Below the pieces are notes generated by a model. The model was given only the letters and a program-made list of their open reading frames with translations, was not told where the DNA came from and did not search any database. From Chara braunii (Eukaryota; Plantae; Charophyceae): DNA of 64,000 nt. Both the position numbers and the translations under genes were made by a program. Shown piece after piece: positions 1 to 12,077 of the stretch (its first letter is position 1; each line of letters opens with the position of its first letter). The DNA lies in assembly GCA_003427395.1 (NCBI GenBank), contig BFEA01000014.1:3188680-3252679 (forward strand), in the 5' to 3' direction.

Positions 1-701
1 TCACCACAGGGGCATGAAGGTGATAGCTGATAAGTCGTAATTCTTTGTTGAATAAGTCAAAAACAGACTTGGAGGAAAGTGTTTATTTCGTCTTCGCCTC
101 CACCCACTATGAGTGTTATTGTTTCCCCCCCTCCTCCGGAAGGTGGGGGTAATCAAGTGCGCCCCTTGGATCAGTGGCCTAAGAAAATATTGAGTCGGAC
201 AAGATCAAAAGCCTCCTCGATCTGCGTTTCGATGATGGAATCTTCCCGGAATCGGATATCGTTTTTGGGGAAAATGAAATAATCGATGGAGTCGGGTATT
301 TGACACTGAGTGCAGAAGTTGACATTGTGACTGTTAACTGGTTAAACCACCAGTATTTGGCCCAACTATCGAATCTGAGCCTTGGCCGACTGGTATGCTA
401 AGCCGTGCCGAGGCTCGGACTACCGGGCGTTGCCTTTCCAGACCCCTGCGCAAAGAGGGGGGACAAAAAATACGAGAAAATGAACTAAAAGCCTTTTTTT
501 TTTTTTTGAAGTTATTTTTTTTTTTTCAAAGTTCTTCTCATCATTCCCTCGCGGTACTTCTTCTCTATGGGTCCCTCGCACCGAGTCGCACGTACTTTCT
601 GACAAAACTAACCCAAAAAGGAAAATGAAAGAAACAAAAAAAAAGAGAAATCACGACAAAACAAACCGACTGTTCAACTTTTGTTGCATCCCGTACGAAC
701 A

Positions 702-707
702 AGAGAG

Positions 708-775
<68 letters not shown>

Positions 776-781
776 GGGCCT

Positions 782-812
<31 letters not shown>
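702..812. repeat. (GA)n followed by (TC)n microsatellite
   Basis: Dinucleotide runs at 702-772 and 784-812. The second run abuts a Nextera adapter. Confidence 0.95.
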
Positions 813-814
<2 letters not shown>

Positions 815-850
815 GTCTCTTATACACATCTAGATGTGTATAAGAGACAG
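813..850. other. Nextera mate-pair junction adapter (assembly contaminant)
   Basis: Exact CTGTCTCTTATACACATCT-AGATGTGTATAAGAGACAG, i.e. two inverted Tn5 mosaic ends. Confidence 0.98.
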
Positions 851-1364
851 ACTATACATAGTCTAGACTAAGTAAGAGGATGAGATAGATGCGTACTACC
901 AAAAAAGGTGAAATAGATTAGAGAAGAATATAGCTTACCTTATAAAATTTAGAACAAAAAAGAGAGAAAGAGAGAGAGAGATGCGTACTACCAACAAAGG
1001 CTTCTTGGTGAAGGCTCTTAAGAGGTTCCACATACATTGGGCCCAGTTTACGGGTCTGGTTGAGATGTCTGCCGAGTCTGGCCGTGCCCCTGAGCTGAAA
1101 TTTTCAACCTTTTTCCTATAGGTTTTCCTACGCTTCATTGTGCACCTGTGTGTTCCCCCACGACTGTGTGTCCGAATCTTGTGTTTCCTTTTTGTGCATA
1201 CCAGTGTGATGAGGTCCAGTTTTTGGGCTTGACCGGTGTCTCACCTTCAAACGGGCCCGCGAAACTTTTTTTTTTTGTAAGGGAGGCCAAGCCCGATTCC
1301 TGGCCACGTAATATTAGGGGCGCCGGGCCTGGTTCCCGGCTGTTTGGTTAAAAAAAAAAAGAAA

Positions 1365-1397
<33 letters not shown>

Positions 1398-2058
1398 GAA
1401 ATAGACGAGAGAAGAATATAGCTTACCTTAAAAAAAAAAAAAAAAAANNNNNNNNNNNNNNNNNNNNNNNNNNNNNNNNNNNNNNNNNNNNNNNNNNNNN
1501 NNNNNNNNNNNNNNNNNNNNNNNNNNNNNNNNNNNNNNNNNNNNNNNNNNNNNNNNNNNNNNNNNNNNNNNNNNNNNNNNNNNNNNNNNNNNNNNNNNNN
1601 NNNNNNNNNNNNNNNNNNNNNNNNNNNNNNNNNNNNNNNNNNNNNNNNNNNNNNNNNNNNNNNNNNNNNNNNNNNNNNNNNNNNNNNNNNNNNNNNNNNN
1701 NNNNNNNNNNNNNNNNNNNNNNNNNNNNNNNNNNNNNNNNNNNNNNNNNNNNNNNNNNNNNNNNNNNNNNNNNNNNNNNNNNNNNNNNNNNNNNNNNNNN
1801 NNNNNNNNNNNNNNNNNNNNNNNNNNNNNNNNNNNNNNNNNNNNNNNNNNNNNNNNNNNNNNNNNNNNNNNNNNNNNNNNNNNNNNNNNNNNNNNNNNNN
1901 NNNNNNNNNNNNNNNNNNNNNNNNNNNNNNNNNNNNNNNNNNNNNNNNNNNNNNNNNNNNNNNNNNNNNNNNNNNNNNNNNNNNNNNNNNNNNNNNNNNN
2001 NNNNNNNNNNNNCGTTTTGGGAACGCCGGACCCCCATGAGCAAAAAATTCCGACCGGA

Positions 2059-2129
2059 TTTTGGCAAAAAAAGTCAGTTTTGATTTCGTTCAAAAAATAT
2101 AATATGTCCGTTTTGACGAAATGGTTGTT
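2059..2129. mobile_element. Right-hand TIR/subterminal remnant of the same DNA transposon family as 37769 and 50694-50989
   Basis: TTTTGGCAAAAAAAG..TTGATTTCGT..ATGTCCGTTTTGACGAAATG aligns to the reverse complement of 37769-37845 and to the MITE right TIR ATGTCAGTTTTAACGAAATG. Confidence 0.6.
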
Positions 2130-2739
2130 GACCATAAAAGGCGAAGACAACATTCCCACCTATAATGGCTCAATCAAAGTACTATTTCGACCCTGGATGA
2201 CCAGGAAGGAACTTGACCCGATGAGAGATAATGAGCTGGTCGGCAAATTGCGGATGATTGCTCTTAGTGTACCATTGTGCCGGATTTTAGATTCGCCTGT
2301 TTTTTTCACACATATTTGATCGCTCTCTTGTTTCTGCTAATTGGTATTTCGTGATTTACCATCAGAACGATTCCTGGGACCTTGGGGTTCTAGGTATCTG
2401 AATAGAAAGTCCTTTTGGACATCACAGTTGACTCCCTAATTGGTTTCAATTTCCATTTCTAAATCTATGCTTTCGAAGTCATTCGTCGTTTGGAATAATT
2501 TCAATTCTAAATTCCAGATCTATCTTTCTTCTTTTTTAATTCTAAAATTCTAAAAGATGTTTCGGATATAATTCCTAAAATTCGTTTCTGATTGTTTTTC
2601 CAAAATTAGGCTTCTGAAGGATTTTCTGTCCCAAAAATCAAGGGAGAGAAGCTGGGAATTGGGGATGGAAGGTAGAAAGGGGTTCTCAACAGAGGAGGGT
2701 CGTTGGTCAGGGTAAGTAGGTTAGAAGGACGGTGCTGGG

Positions 2740-4240
2740 ACGACTTAGGCCGGTGCTGGAGCTTGTGCTCTGTGACCCGGGGGAAGCTTGAGGCCTGCGA
2801 AGTTATGCTGAACGCATAACCAGACCGTCCGACGAGGTTGGCGCTAGGGTATAGACCCTGTAACCTGTAGGGGCTTGCCGCTAAAGGAACTGCCGAGGGA
2901 GGAAGGCACTTCCTGACCGTCAGAACGAGGTTGGTCGGTACTGGGGAGGGTTGTGGTGCCGTGTTACCCTAGCAGAAGGGGGTATGAGATCAAGCGAGTT
3001 ATGGCACGAAGACTGAAAGCCTGGACTGACACTTCGGTTGTTGAGGGGGGATTTTAGGATAGTAGGCAGTTTTAGTCTCGCCCCCCCCGTTCTCATAAAA
3101 TTCATGATGAAAATCATAGTAAGAGTAGGTCGTTTGGTGGTCCTGGATGGTCTTCAGGATTTTGAGATTCCTACTAACTCATCTTGAGGTGGTTTCGATG
3201 TTGTTATACTCAGTGATCTGCAGTTGTCCGATGCCAGAACAACTTTGGCCGGTGCTGGGGAGTTGCCCTGTAACCTGCAACGCGGGAGTGTGAGGCCTGG
3301 TAGAGAGATCCGGGGATGCTTTGGGGTGGGCATTCCACGGGACATCCAAGGGTTGCTGCCGGGAGGACGCTGGTCGGAGCTGGGGTGAGTCGTGTTGCCC
3401 TGTAACCCAGCTGGATGTGGGAGTGTGAGGCCTGGAAGAGCTCGGCAGGGAGTAGGACAGTTTTAGAGGACTTTGGAAGGGTTGGTGAGGGATTTCAACG
3501 TTTTTTGGAACATTTGCAGGACCCCTGCGACCTATTCTCATGCTCTTTTTTACTGTAAAGTGTTCTTACGTACCTTGAAAAGAGAATAAGGCGGGTGGGA
3601 GAAGGAAATGGTGGGATATCACGCGTCCTACTAGTGAAGGGGCTTGCTGGTAGGATGGGAGTATGGTACAGCAGCAGCAGAGATGGTGGCTCTGCTACAG
3701 TTAGTCTTGCCGGAGTGAGGTGAAGAGGTTTGATGGGGGTTTCTCTGAGTCGATTTCTGAATTTTTGTTGTAGTCACTTCAAAAAATTCTTAATCTGGCC
3801 CTAATTTCTTCGTCATTTTCAAGATGGTTCTTGATCTTTTGGTAGTCTTGAGAATTCTTTAGGACTCTGGATACTTCTTGCAAAGCAGTCTAGGCTTCCT
3901 TGATGCTGTTTACTCATGGATCTGTTAGGTTTTTCGATGCCAGAACGACGCTGGCCGGTGCTGGGAGATTGCCCTGTAACCTGTTAATAGCAGGAGCGTG
4001 AGGCCTGGTAGAGAGATCTGGGGATGCTTTGGGCAGGGCATTCCAAGGGAAACCAAGGGTTGCTGTCGGGACGACGCTGGCCGGAGCCGGGGTGAGTCGT
4101 GTTGCCCTGTAACCTAGCAGGGTGGGGGCATGAGGCCTGGGAGAGCTCGGCAGGGAAGAAGACAGTATTAGAGAATTTTAGAGTGTTTTTGTGGGAGGCT
4201 TCCAGGGGTTCTGAGTTTTTGAAGGACTCCCACTAATTGC
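2740..4240 (-). repeat. Array of ~110-bp monomers (probable LINE-associated 5' region)
   Basis: Recurrent GACGCTGGCCGGWGCTGGG..GCCCTGTAACC..TGAGGCCTGG..AGAG motif at about 2740-2800, 2930-2990, 3230-3450 and 3935-4155. Confidence 0.7.
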
Positions 4241-4242
4241 TN

Positions 4243-5795
4243 TGATGGCAACTCTCCGTTCTCTCGATGTGCTTGCCAAAATTCGTCGAAGTCGGAATTG
4301 TCGGGTGCGAGCTCGTCCAGGTCCAAATAACACCAGGCCTTCGGATCGTGGTCGCTCAGATACTGCCCGTAATCTTCCGTACAGTTTGCCCAAATTACGG
4401 TTGGCGTCAACTTTCTTTCCAGCGTTTCAGGCCCTGCCTGCTTCGGATCACTCGGATTGTAGGAGATGATGTCCGTCGGTAAATCGTCGACGAGCTGTGA
4501 CAAAAAGGCAAGGAGTTCGTAGGCGACCGTGGCTCGTCCTCCCTTGGCGATCTCTCCACACAACAATCCCACCAATGTTCCGTCGGTAGCAGACTCGTTC
4601 GGCCACAACTGAGCTAGTACCACCGAAATCTCGTGAGTGTGCTCCAATTCCCGATTGATGTAGTAGCGTGACCAGTGGCACCTCATCGTGAGCATACACA
4701 CACTGACCATTGCGAACTTAGTCCACTTGCGAACGTAGGCAGAACTGAATGGGAGGGTAGAGGAGGGATGGATTTCTAGAGTGAGGAGGGGGTTCGCCCA
4801 GGATGGCCAGATGATCGGGAGGTCGGAGGGGAGAGAGAAGGTGGAAAAGCGATTCATCGGTGCGCGGGGTAGGGATGAAGATGGGGGAGAGGGCGAGAGG
4901 GGCGGTCAGTAGCGCTGGTCCGGAGGGAGAAGGTGTCGATACACTCGGTCCCCACTACTTGTCGCCCCGGCTGGGCCAGTCGCTGCCACCAATCAGTTGC
5001 CAACTCTTGTCCCCACCTGTAAAGGTCGGTCACCACTGCGTCGCGCCGCTGTACGCCGATAGTGCACAAATCCCCCCTGAAAGCTACCACCACCGTCACG
5101 TCGCTCTGAGTCGGCCGCGGAAAGCGCCGAACTCCCAAAGCTTTTTCTGCCAAGACGACTGCTGAACCTCGATCGGTTGATATAGTGATCTCTACGGCGG
5201 CACACCAAGCTCCGTCGCTGAAGAGTTGCGCAAATCGAAGAAGATCGAGACTAAGACGGGGATGCGCAACCTGGCGAAATTGCAATAGGATTCGAGGTTG
5301 AAGAAGATGACCAGGGATGGCTGGTTCAATGATAAAGCTCATGGTGAAGGTGAGGGGGAGGTAGATGCGGATGAAGGAGAGGAAGCGAGTTCTTCGGTCG
5401 GGTCGGAGGAAGAAGAAAAAGATGGATTAAGGTTCTCAGAAGGAGGGAGAGGACGAAGGTAGGAAGTGTGGCAGACAATGGGGAGGGAGCTATGGCTGGC
5501 GCTAGCTTCGGGCGCGACGCGCACCGTGTTAGCTCCGTTGGGGCCGAGCTCTACGACGAGAAAACGGCCAAAAAACTTGGGAGCGAGTTTGCGGTCGCGT
5601 GCACATTTGCGTACCTGCACCAGATCCCCTAACTTATATTGGTGCTAGGGGCCGGCATTCCCGTTCCGGGCCTCGTAGCTACGGACCTGCCTACCTTGGG
5701 CCAGTTCGGTCATTTTTTGTCTTTTCCGGGCCAGCTTAGGAATCCGCGTATCTCTTGGCTTTGGCCTTAAGGGCCGCACGCGTGTCCCGTCCCCC
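4243..5795 (-). repeat. Near-identical copy of Gypsy internal region 11463-13032 (probably a misassembly)
   Basis: The translations are the same as those of the 11.5-13.0 kb ORFs. The copy is bounded by an N on the left and a Nextera junction on the right, with a 17-nt deletion near 5741. Confidence 0.85.
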
Positions 5796-5833
5796 CTGTC
5801 TCTTATACACATCTAGATGTGTATAAGAGACAG
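5796..5833. other. Nextera mate-pair junction adapter (assembly contaminant)
   Basis: Exact 38-bp junction sequence. Confidence 0.98.
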
Positions 5834-5886
5834 GCCCCCCACGAATAAATTGGAGCATTTCCCCAAAAAAAAAAAAAAAAAAAAAA
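5834..5886 (+). mobile_element. LINE 3' tail fragment with poly(A)
   Basis: CCCCACGAATAAATTGGAGCATTTCCCC-A(n), matching the tail at 26020-26072. Confidence 0.75.
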
Positions 5887-6189
5887 CAGTGTACCACTGG
5901 AAGCCCTAGCATCGCAGCGGCTTCGTTTTGCGGTCCAACGCTTCATGGGTAGGATCTTGGTCATGCACCCTCCACTGGCAGGCAAAAGGTCGGAAGAACC
6001 CCGTCTGGGTAATATCCGAATTGACTGTGTATTCTGAGTATGCGATTCGTTTTGGAATCGGTAGTCGTCCGAAAACCAAATGGAGGGCTCCTTGAGGTCC
6101 AATTTGCAAATCTGAATACCCCCTTTTGTCAAAAATGTCTGTGGTGGTTTCATGAGGAGTTCCACCCCGACTGTTTAATGAACCGATGC

Positions 6190-6570
6190 CAGGAGGCAGA
6201 AGAGCTAGAGGTAGAGGAGGAAGAGGGAGAGGAGGGAGAGGAACTGGTTACTGGAGACAGAGGAGGAACACGAAGCAACAAAGGACAAGGCAGAGGAGGA
6301 AGTGCTGGAGCAGCGGGAGGAGGAGGCAGAGCAGGAGGGGGGGGTTGGAAGCAATGCAAGAGGGGCAGTTGGAGGGGGAGGAGGTGGTAGTGGAGGAGGA
6401 GGAGGAGAAGGAAGAGGGGGAGGGGGAGGGGGAGGAGGCAGACCGGGAGGAGGAGGAAATGCAAGCAGTGGCAGTGCTGGTGGAGGCGGTGTGCCAGGAC
6501 AAGGACGAGGCGGCAGTAATAGTAGCCGAGGAGTAGGAGGAACTAACGGAGTGGGAGGAGGTGGTAGGGT
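6190..6570. repeat. GGA/GAG-rich low-complexity tract
   Basis: Imperfect (GGA)n. It generates spurious Gly, Glu and Ser homopolymer ORFs. Confidence 0.85.
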
Positions 6571-6603
6571 AGATGGGAGTGGGGGAACCCCACCATCATT
6601 AAG

Positions 6604-6762
6604 TTACACAGACTCTGGTTCCATACTCTCAAGCCGCACCATCCTCCACTTCAAACCCGCTAGTTTCTCTACCCCCTCCTTCCAGCCCCAATTTACACAG
6701 ACTCTGGTCCCATACTCTCAAGCCCCACCATCCTCCACTTCGAACCCGCTAGTTTCTCTAGC
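6604..6762. repeat. Two-copy direct repeat, ~89-bp period
   Basis: TTACACAGACTCTGGT.CCATACTCTCAAGCC.CACCATCCTCCACTTC.AACCCGCTAGTTTCTCTA occurs twice. Confidence 0.85.
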
Positions 6763-7797
6763 CCCGCGACTCGCATCCTTCTCGGTACAGGGACCACTCC
6801 ACCCCCTTCCACAACAACACCTATACCTGTGTTTACCTCTACCAGTTACAACCAACCAATTCCAACAGTCCGCTCAATTTTGCCAAGTAACCCCCACCTG
6901 TCAGCTCCTGCAAGCAACAGACCCCCTCCAATTGCACAGGGAACGGGACAACTTGTGCAATTATACAGGGCCCCCTTTCCTGCAATGTCCTAATGAAACA
7001 GGCCACATCATCAAGCCTCATCACGCGGACAATTGCCATTTGGACTTGGGGCCTAGGCTCAACACAGTCCCTCATCCTCAGACAGCGGTNNNNNNNNNNN
7101 NNNNNNNNNNNNNNNNNNNNNNNNNNNNNNNNNNNNNNNNNNNNNNNNNNNNNNNNNNNNNNNNNNNNNNNNNNNNNNNNNNNNNNNNNNNNNNNNNNNN
7201 NNNNNNNNNNNNNNNNNNNNNNNNNNNNNNNNNNNNNNNNNNNNNNNNNNNNNNNNNNNNNNNNNNNNNNNNNNNNNNNNNNNNNNNNNNNNNNNNNNNN
7301 NNNNNNNNNNNNNNNNNNNNNNNNNNNNNNNNNNNNNNNNNNNNNNNNNNNNNNNNNNNNNNNNNNNNNNNNNNNNNNNNNNNNNNNNNNNNNNNNNNNN
7401 NNNNNNNNNTGTGACAGTGTGAGGTGTATTGTGTAAATATGAAGCTGATGTGGGGTGGCTTCCGCCACCCCTTATTCCCTTCCTCCACCAAAACCCATAG
7501 TGCTGTGAAAATGTGAGGTGTACTGTGTAAGTATTAAACTGGTGTGATGTATGGTATGTCACCCTCACCACACCACATGCACCTCATTCGAAGACCGGTT
7601 GGGTGAGGATACTCTCCCAGGCCCAGACCCGATACAATCAGACTGGCGACAACAGGCTCTGAGGCAGGATCAATTATATCAGCCCTGGTGACAGTCTCCA
7701 GTCTGATACCCCTCCCCGGGGGCACTGCATCAGTCCAAATGGCAGGGAGAGGTGGAGGAGAGGAAGGTGACTCGGATGCATTGGAAGAGGCGACGTA

Positions 7798-10399
7798 TGT
7801 GACGCTTAACCTCACGCCCTGCGCTGCTTTTCGTTCGAAGTGCTAAGGGTGCGGAAAGGAGGCCCCGAACAACAGCAAGATGGGGTGTGCCAAGGATTTT
7901 TGGAAAATTGGGTGTGGGGACACAGACAGAACTGAAATCCCCCGTGTTGGTCTGACAAAGTGAGCAATCTGGCGGGTTTCAGCGCGCGCGGACGTCACGA
8001 CGCGGGGAAGTTTTGAATTCAATCCAAAAAGTACTGTCGGACTTCCCACCGGGCCACAGCTCGTCGTTTGGAGTGGAAGGGAGTGGGCATGTGTTTAGTA
8101 TCCCGTTTTCGCACTATCTCCTGACGCCGCACATTACACAGTTCTGAATCTGACGTGAAAGGTCTCAATCGCGTGGCCCTTTCCTTATGCTCGTCCTCGT
8201 TCCGTGTTCGGTAATGGAACGCCTTCGACTGGTAGTGATCGAAATGTTGGCAATCACTGCACAAGGTGTTCGGCCAATGGGGTGCCACTGCCGGCCACGG
8301 GATGACGATCAACTTGTTGAAGGGTAGCAGCAGCGAGTACGGTGGAAAGTGCGTATCCACAATGACAAACCCAGCGCCTACGAACCCGGAACACCGATTC
8401 TCAGGAGGGAAATAATACCGCCCACTGATCTTTGCGACGGCTTCTCGTATGTCCCACTCACAGATACACATCCTATCCTCGTTATACGGGAAGGGACGAA
8501 GAGGGGATACGGGAGGTTGTCGCCTAGTCGGGTTGATCCCGTTAGTCTACATGGCAAACAGCCAGAAATAATTTAACCATTCATCACGTGCGTTCAATCC
8601 TAGCAATCCAATCGGAAAGGCCAGACAGGAGAAGCAGAGGGGGCGGAGAAAGAGAAAAGAAAGCTCGTGTGTGGCGAGACGCAGTCGCTATTTTGTGCTT
8701 AGATTGTGCGTCGCATACGTACTCGCAATATTCCAACTCAAAGCATTCCTACATTTCCAAATCCCAACAACATTGCCCCTGCTATCGACTCGCCCTAATC
8801 AAGATGAGTTTCGTATCCGTTCACTCTCTTCTCCCATGCATACATTCACTGTGGAAGGTGCGAAAATGACAACCATGCAATTTCCCAACAGGGTGGCATT
8901 AAGGGAAGAACCCTTAGTGGTCGATACATGTGCATCCACCGTTCACAAGACAGAACCCACTAGTTCGGGGGACTACCCAGGAAACTAATGGAAGAATTCC
9001 GGAGAAAACCATTCCGACGCAGTCGTCACATTCATTCCATCATACGCCAACTTTTGACTTATTACATAGAACCATCCGTACAAGGAAGAAGGAGAAGGAG
9101 AACTGCGACAGAAACAGACGGGGATATCAAGATCAGAGGGAAGAGTTACACTGAAATGGAGAGAGAAAAAGAAAGTTCGGCTTTACCGCCGCAAGGTCAC
9201 ACCAAAGAAGAGATTCGTAACCAAGAGGGCGCATTCGCCCTTAAATTCCAACACGGCCCCGGGCAAGTCATCCACTCAACTCAGATCACCTGTCCACATC
9301 TCCGTCACCGACGATCCCGACTGTCGTGCGTCATCCTCCACCACTGCGATCATCACCCCGCCAACTTAGTCTCGACGTGGGTTGCCTGGATCCCACAGTC
9401 CGTCGTGGCGACCTAGCGCAATGCCAGCCAGTCTACAGTCGGCTCGTCAGGACTTTCCGACTCGCATCGTACACATCACCTAGCCACTACTTCCCAGAAG
9501 CTGGCCGATGAGTTGAGAGAGGGTTTTGTGGGGGCGCCAACAAAATTTATAGTTGCGAGAAGGGAGAGAGATGAGGAGAAGGGGGGAGGGTAAGGAAGAG
9601 GAGGGCATAGGGGAGTTTTGGAGCGACCGCCCATCGAAAGCCATGTTGATCCCTCCTAACTCGACCTCAGTCAATCAGAATCGTCGTGCAGTAAGAACTT
9701 ACACGGCGCTTCTCCTTGGCTGGATANNNNNNNNNNNNNNNNNNNNNNNNNNNNNNNNNNNNNNNNNNNNNNNNNNNNNNNNNNNNNNNNNNNNNNNNNN
9801 NNNNNNNNNNNNNNNNNNNNNNNNNNNNNNNNNNNNNNNNNNNNNNNNNNNNNNNNNNNNNNNNNNNNNNNNNNNNNNNNNNNNNNNNNNNNNNNNNNNN
9901 NNNNNNNNNNNNNNNNNNNNNNNNNNNNNNNNNNNNNNNNNNNNNNNNNNNNNNNNNNNNNNNNNNNNNNNNNNNNNNNNNNNNNNNNNNNNNNNNNNNN
10001 NNNNNNNNNNNNNNNNNNNNNNNNNNNNNNNNNNNNNNNNNNNNNNNNNNNNNNNNNNNNNNNNNNNNNNNNNNNNNNNNNNNNNNNNNNNNNNNNNNNN
10101 NNNNNNNNNNNNNNNNNNNNNNNNNNNNNNNNNNNNNNNNNNNNNNNNNNNNNNNNNNNNNNNNNNNNNNNNNNNNNNNNNNNNNNNNNNNNNNNNNNNN
10201 NNNNNNNNNNNNNNNNNNNNNNNNNNNNNNNNNNNNNNNNNNNNNNNNNNNNNNNNNNNNNNNNNNNNNNNNNNNNNNNNNNNNNNNNNNNNNNNGGGGG
10301 GGGGTTCGGAGTCGAACTGTACACATCTAGATGCAGAGAAAACACGGAAAAAGGAAGGGGTCCGGAAGATGGCGCAAGTCCGGAAGCTAGTTCGTCACA
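7798..10399 (-). repeat. 3' LTR (contains an N gap)
   Basis: Direct repeat of 18777-21406 with a few percent substitutions. Begins TGTGACG and ends CGTCACA. Confidence 0.88.
8019..8600 (-). pseudogene. LTR-embedded ORF, 3' LTR copy (one TGG>TAG stop)
   Basis: Same reading frame as 18811-19563 (RDEWLNYFWLFAM*...CEWDIRE..YYFPPENRC..HWPNTLC.DC). Confidence 0.45.
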
Positions 10400-11252
10400 T
10401 ATAAGACGCGCAGGGGGTTCCAAAATTGTGCGATCTCCTGATGCATGTCATGGCGAAGAAGGAAAGAGAGGGATGAGAGGATGCATGAGGAACCAAGCGT
10501 ATCCGGAGGGAGGATGCTTCGTATCAAGCAGGTAACCGAGCCAGAGTTTATATTGACGCCAACTTCAATTGCAATTTCTTCGTGAGTCTGCTGGCTCAAG
10601 CTGCTGGAACCGCCGAAGGTCGTCCAGGTGACGCCATCATCGTCCGCGGATTCTCCGTGTGCTCTGCACCCTTGCTTTGCTACGAAAAATCCGCCCGACA
10701 ATAGTCGACAAGGAGGGGACGATGGAGTGGTCGGGGCCATTCAGGCAAGAGTGGAGGGAAATAATCCTCCACTTCATCACCGAGATCGACAAAATGTACG
10801 ATCCGACGTGCGTGGGGGAAACGATGATTGGGTCGAGAGAGGGAAAGGAGGTAATCAGGGTATAGGGAGGGAATAGTTAGGAGGTCGTTGTCTCTTAGGG
10901 ACTCGTAGTCCTCTGTAGCAGGAAAGGTGCTGGAAATGACGCAGTACAACTCCATGTGGTTGGACTGCATCCAGGTGACACTAAAGAGAAGGATATTGAG
11001 AGGGAAGGAGGGGGATTGATGGGGAAGACCGTGCAAAGGAGGCGAGCGACGAAGTGATGGCAGAAGAAGCCGCTCTCAAAAACGCGATAGTCCAGGGGGA
11101 ATTCGAGGTGGGGGAGAGGTTGGAAGCGGAGAAAGTCAAGGGGGCGGCGGCAGACGGGACGAGGACGGTACGTCCGGGTTGGGAGGAGGACGGGAACGAA
11201 GCTCGGAGGGGGCGGAAGAGGCCGGAGAAGGTGAGCGAGGGCAGCGGCGCCT

Positions 11253-12077
11253 TCAGGAGGCTGGCACACCATCGTGCCGGCTAATAGCGTCCGAGGGGAC
11301 AACGGGATTCAGGACCGATCCTCCTTGAGCGAGTGGCGGTGCCTGCGAAGCTTCCCGGGGTTCAGGCGCTGATGCCTCTCCTTCCTCCTTGGAAGTCGAC
11401 TGGGCTTCTGGCTCTTCTTCCCCCGACAGTCCGGCGATGGCTATGCGACCTGGATCGTCGTTTGATGGCAACTCTCCGTTCTCTCGATGTGCTTGCCAAA
11501 ATTCGTCGAAGTCGGAATTGTCGGGTGCGAGCTCGTCCAGGTCCAAATAACACCAGGCCTTCGGATCGTGGTCGCTCAGATACTGCCCGTAATCTTCCGT
11601 ACAGTTTGCCCAAATTACGGTTGGCGTCAACTTTCTTTCCAGCGTTTCAGGCCCTGCCTGCTTCGGATCACTCGGATTGTAGGAGATGATGTCCGTCGGT
11701 AAATCGTCGACGAGCTGTGACAAAAAGGCAAGGAGTTCGTAGGCGACCGTGGCTCGTCCTCCCTTGGCGATCTCTCCACACAACAATCCCACCAATGTTC
11801 CGTCGGTAGCAGACTCGTTCGGCCACAACTGAGCTAGTACCACCGAAATCTCGTGAGTGTGCTCCAATTCCCGATTGATGTAGTNGCGTGACCAGTGGCA
11901 CCTCATCGTGAGCATACACACACTGACCATTGCGAACTTAGTCCACTTGCGAACGTAGGCAGAACTGAATGGGAGGGTAGAGGAGGGATGGATTTCTAGA
12001 GTGAGGAGGGGGTTCGCCCAGGATGGCCAGATGATCGGGAGGTCGGAGGGGAGAGAGAAGGTGGAAAAGCGATTCAT
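11253..12077 (-). CDS. Gypsy accessory ORF4, 274 aa, unknown function
   Basis: Open frame with globular-looking composition and an acidic tail. Its ATG overlaps the ORF3 stop (ATGA at 12074-12077). Confidence 0.6.
   Translation of the reverse strand: MNRFSTFSLPSDLPIIWPSWANPLLTLEIHPSSTLPFSSAYVRKWTKFAMVSVCMLTMRCHWSRXYINRELEHTHEISVVLAQLWPNESATDGTLVGLLCGEIAKGGRATVAYELLAFLSQLVDDLPTDIISYNPSDPKQAGPETLERKLTPTVIWANCTEDYGQYLSDHDPKAWCYLDLDELAPDNSDFDEFWQAHRENGELPSNDDPGRIAIAGLSGEEEPEAQSTSKEEGEASAPEPREASQAPPLAQGGSVLNPVVPSDAISRHDGVPAS

Noticed and set aside
3230-3450. Monomer as an HDV-like or twister ribozyme
   Set aside because: I could not build the nested P1/P2/P3 pseudoknot or the twister L4/T1/T2 contacts in either orientation.
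6186-7414. Gly-rich and Glu-rich ORFs
   Set aside because: They arise from GGA low complexity plus read-through into an N gap, and no domain is visible.
10320-10333. TACACATCTAGATG resembling the Nextera junction core
   Set aside because: It is only 14 bp and is present in both LTRs (also near 21327), so it is genuine LTR sequence.
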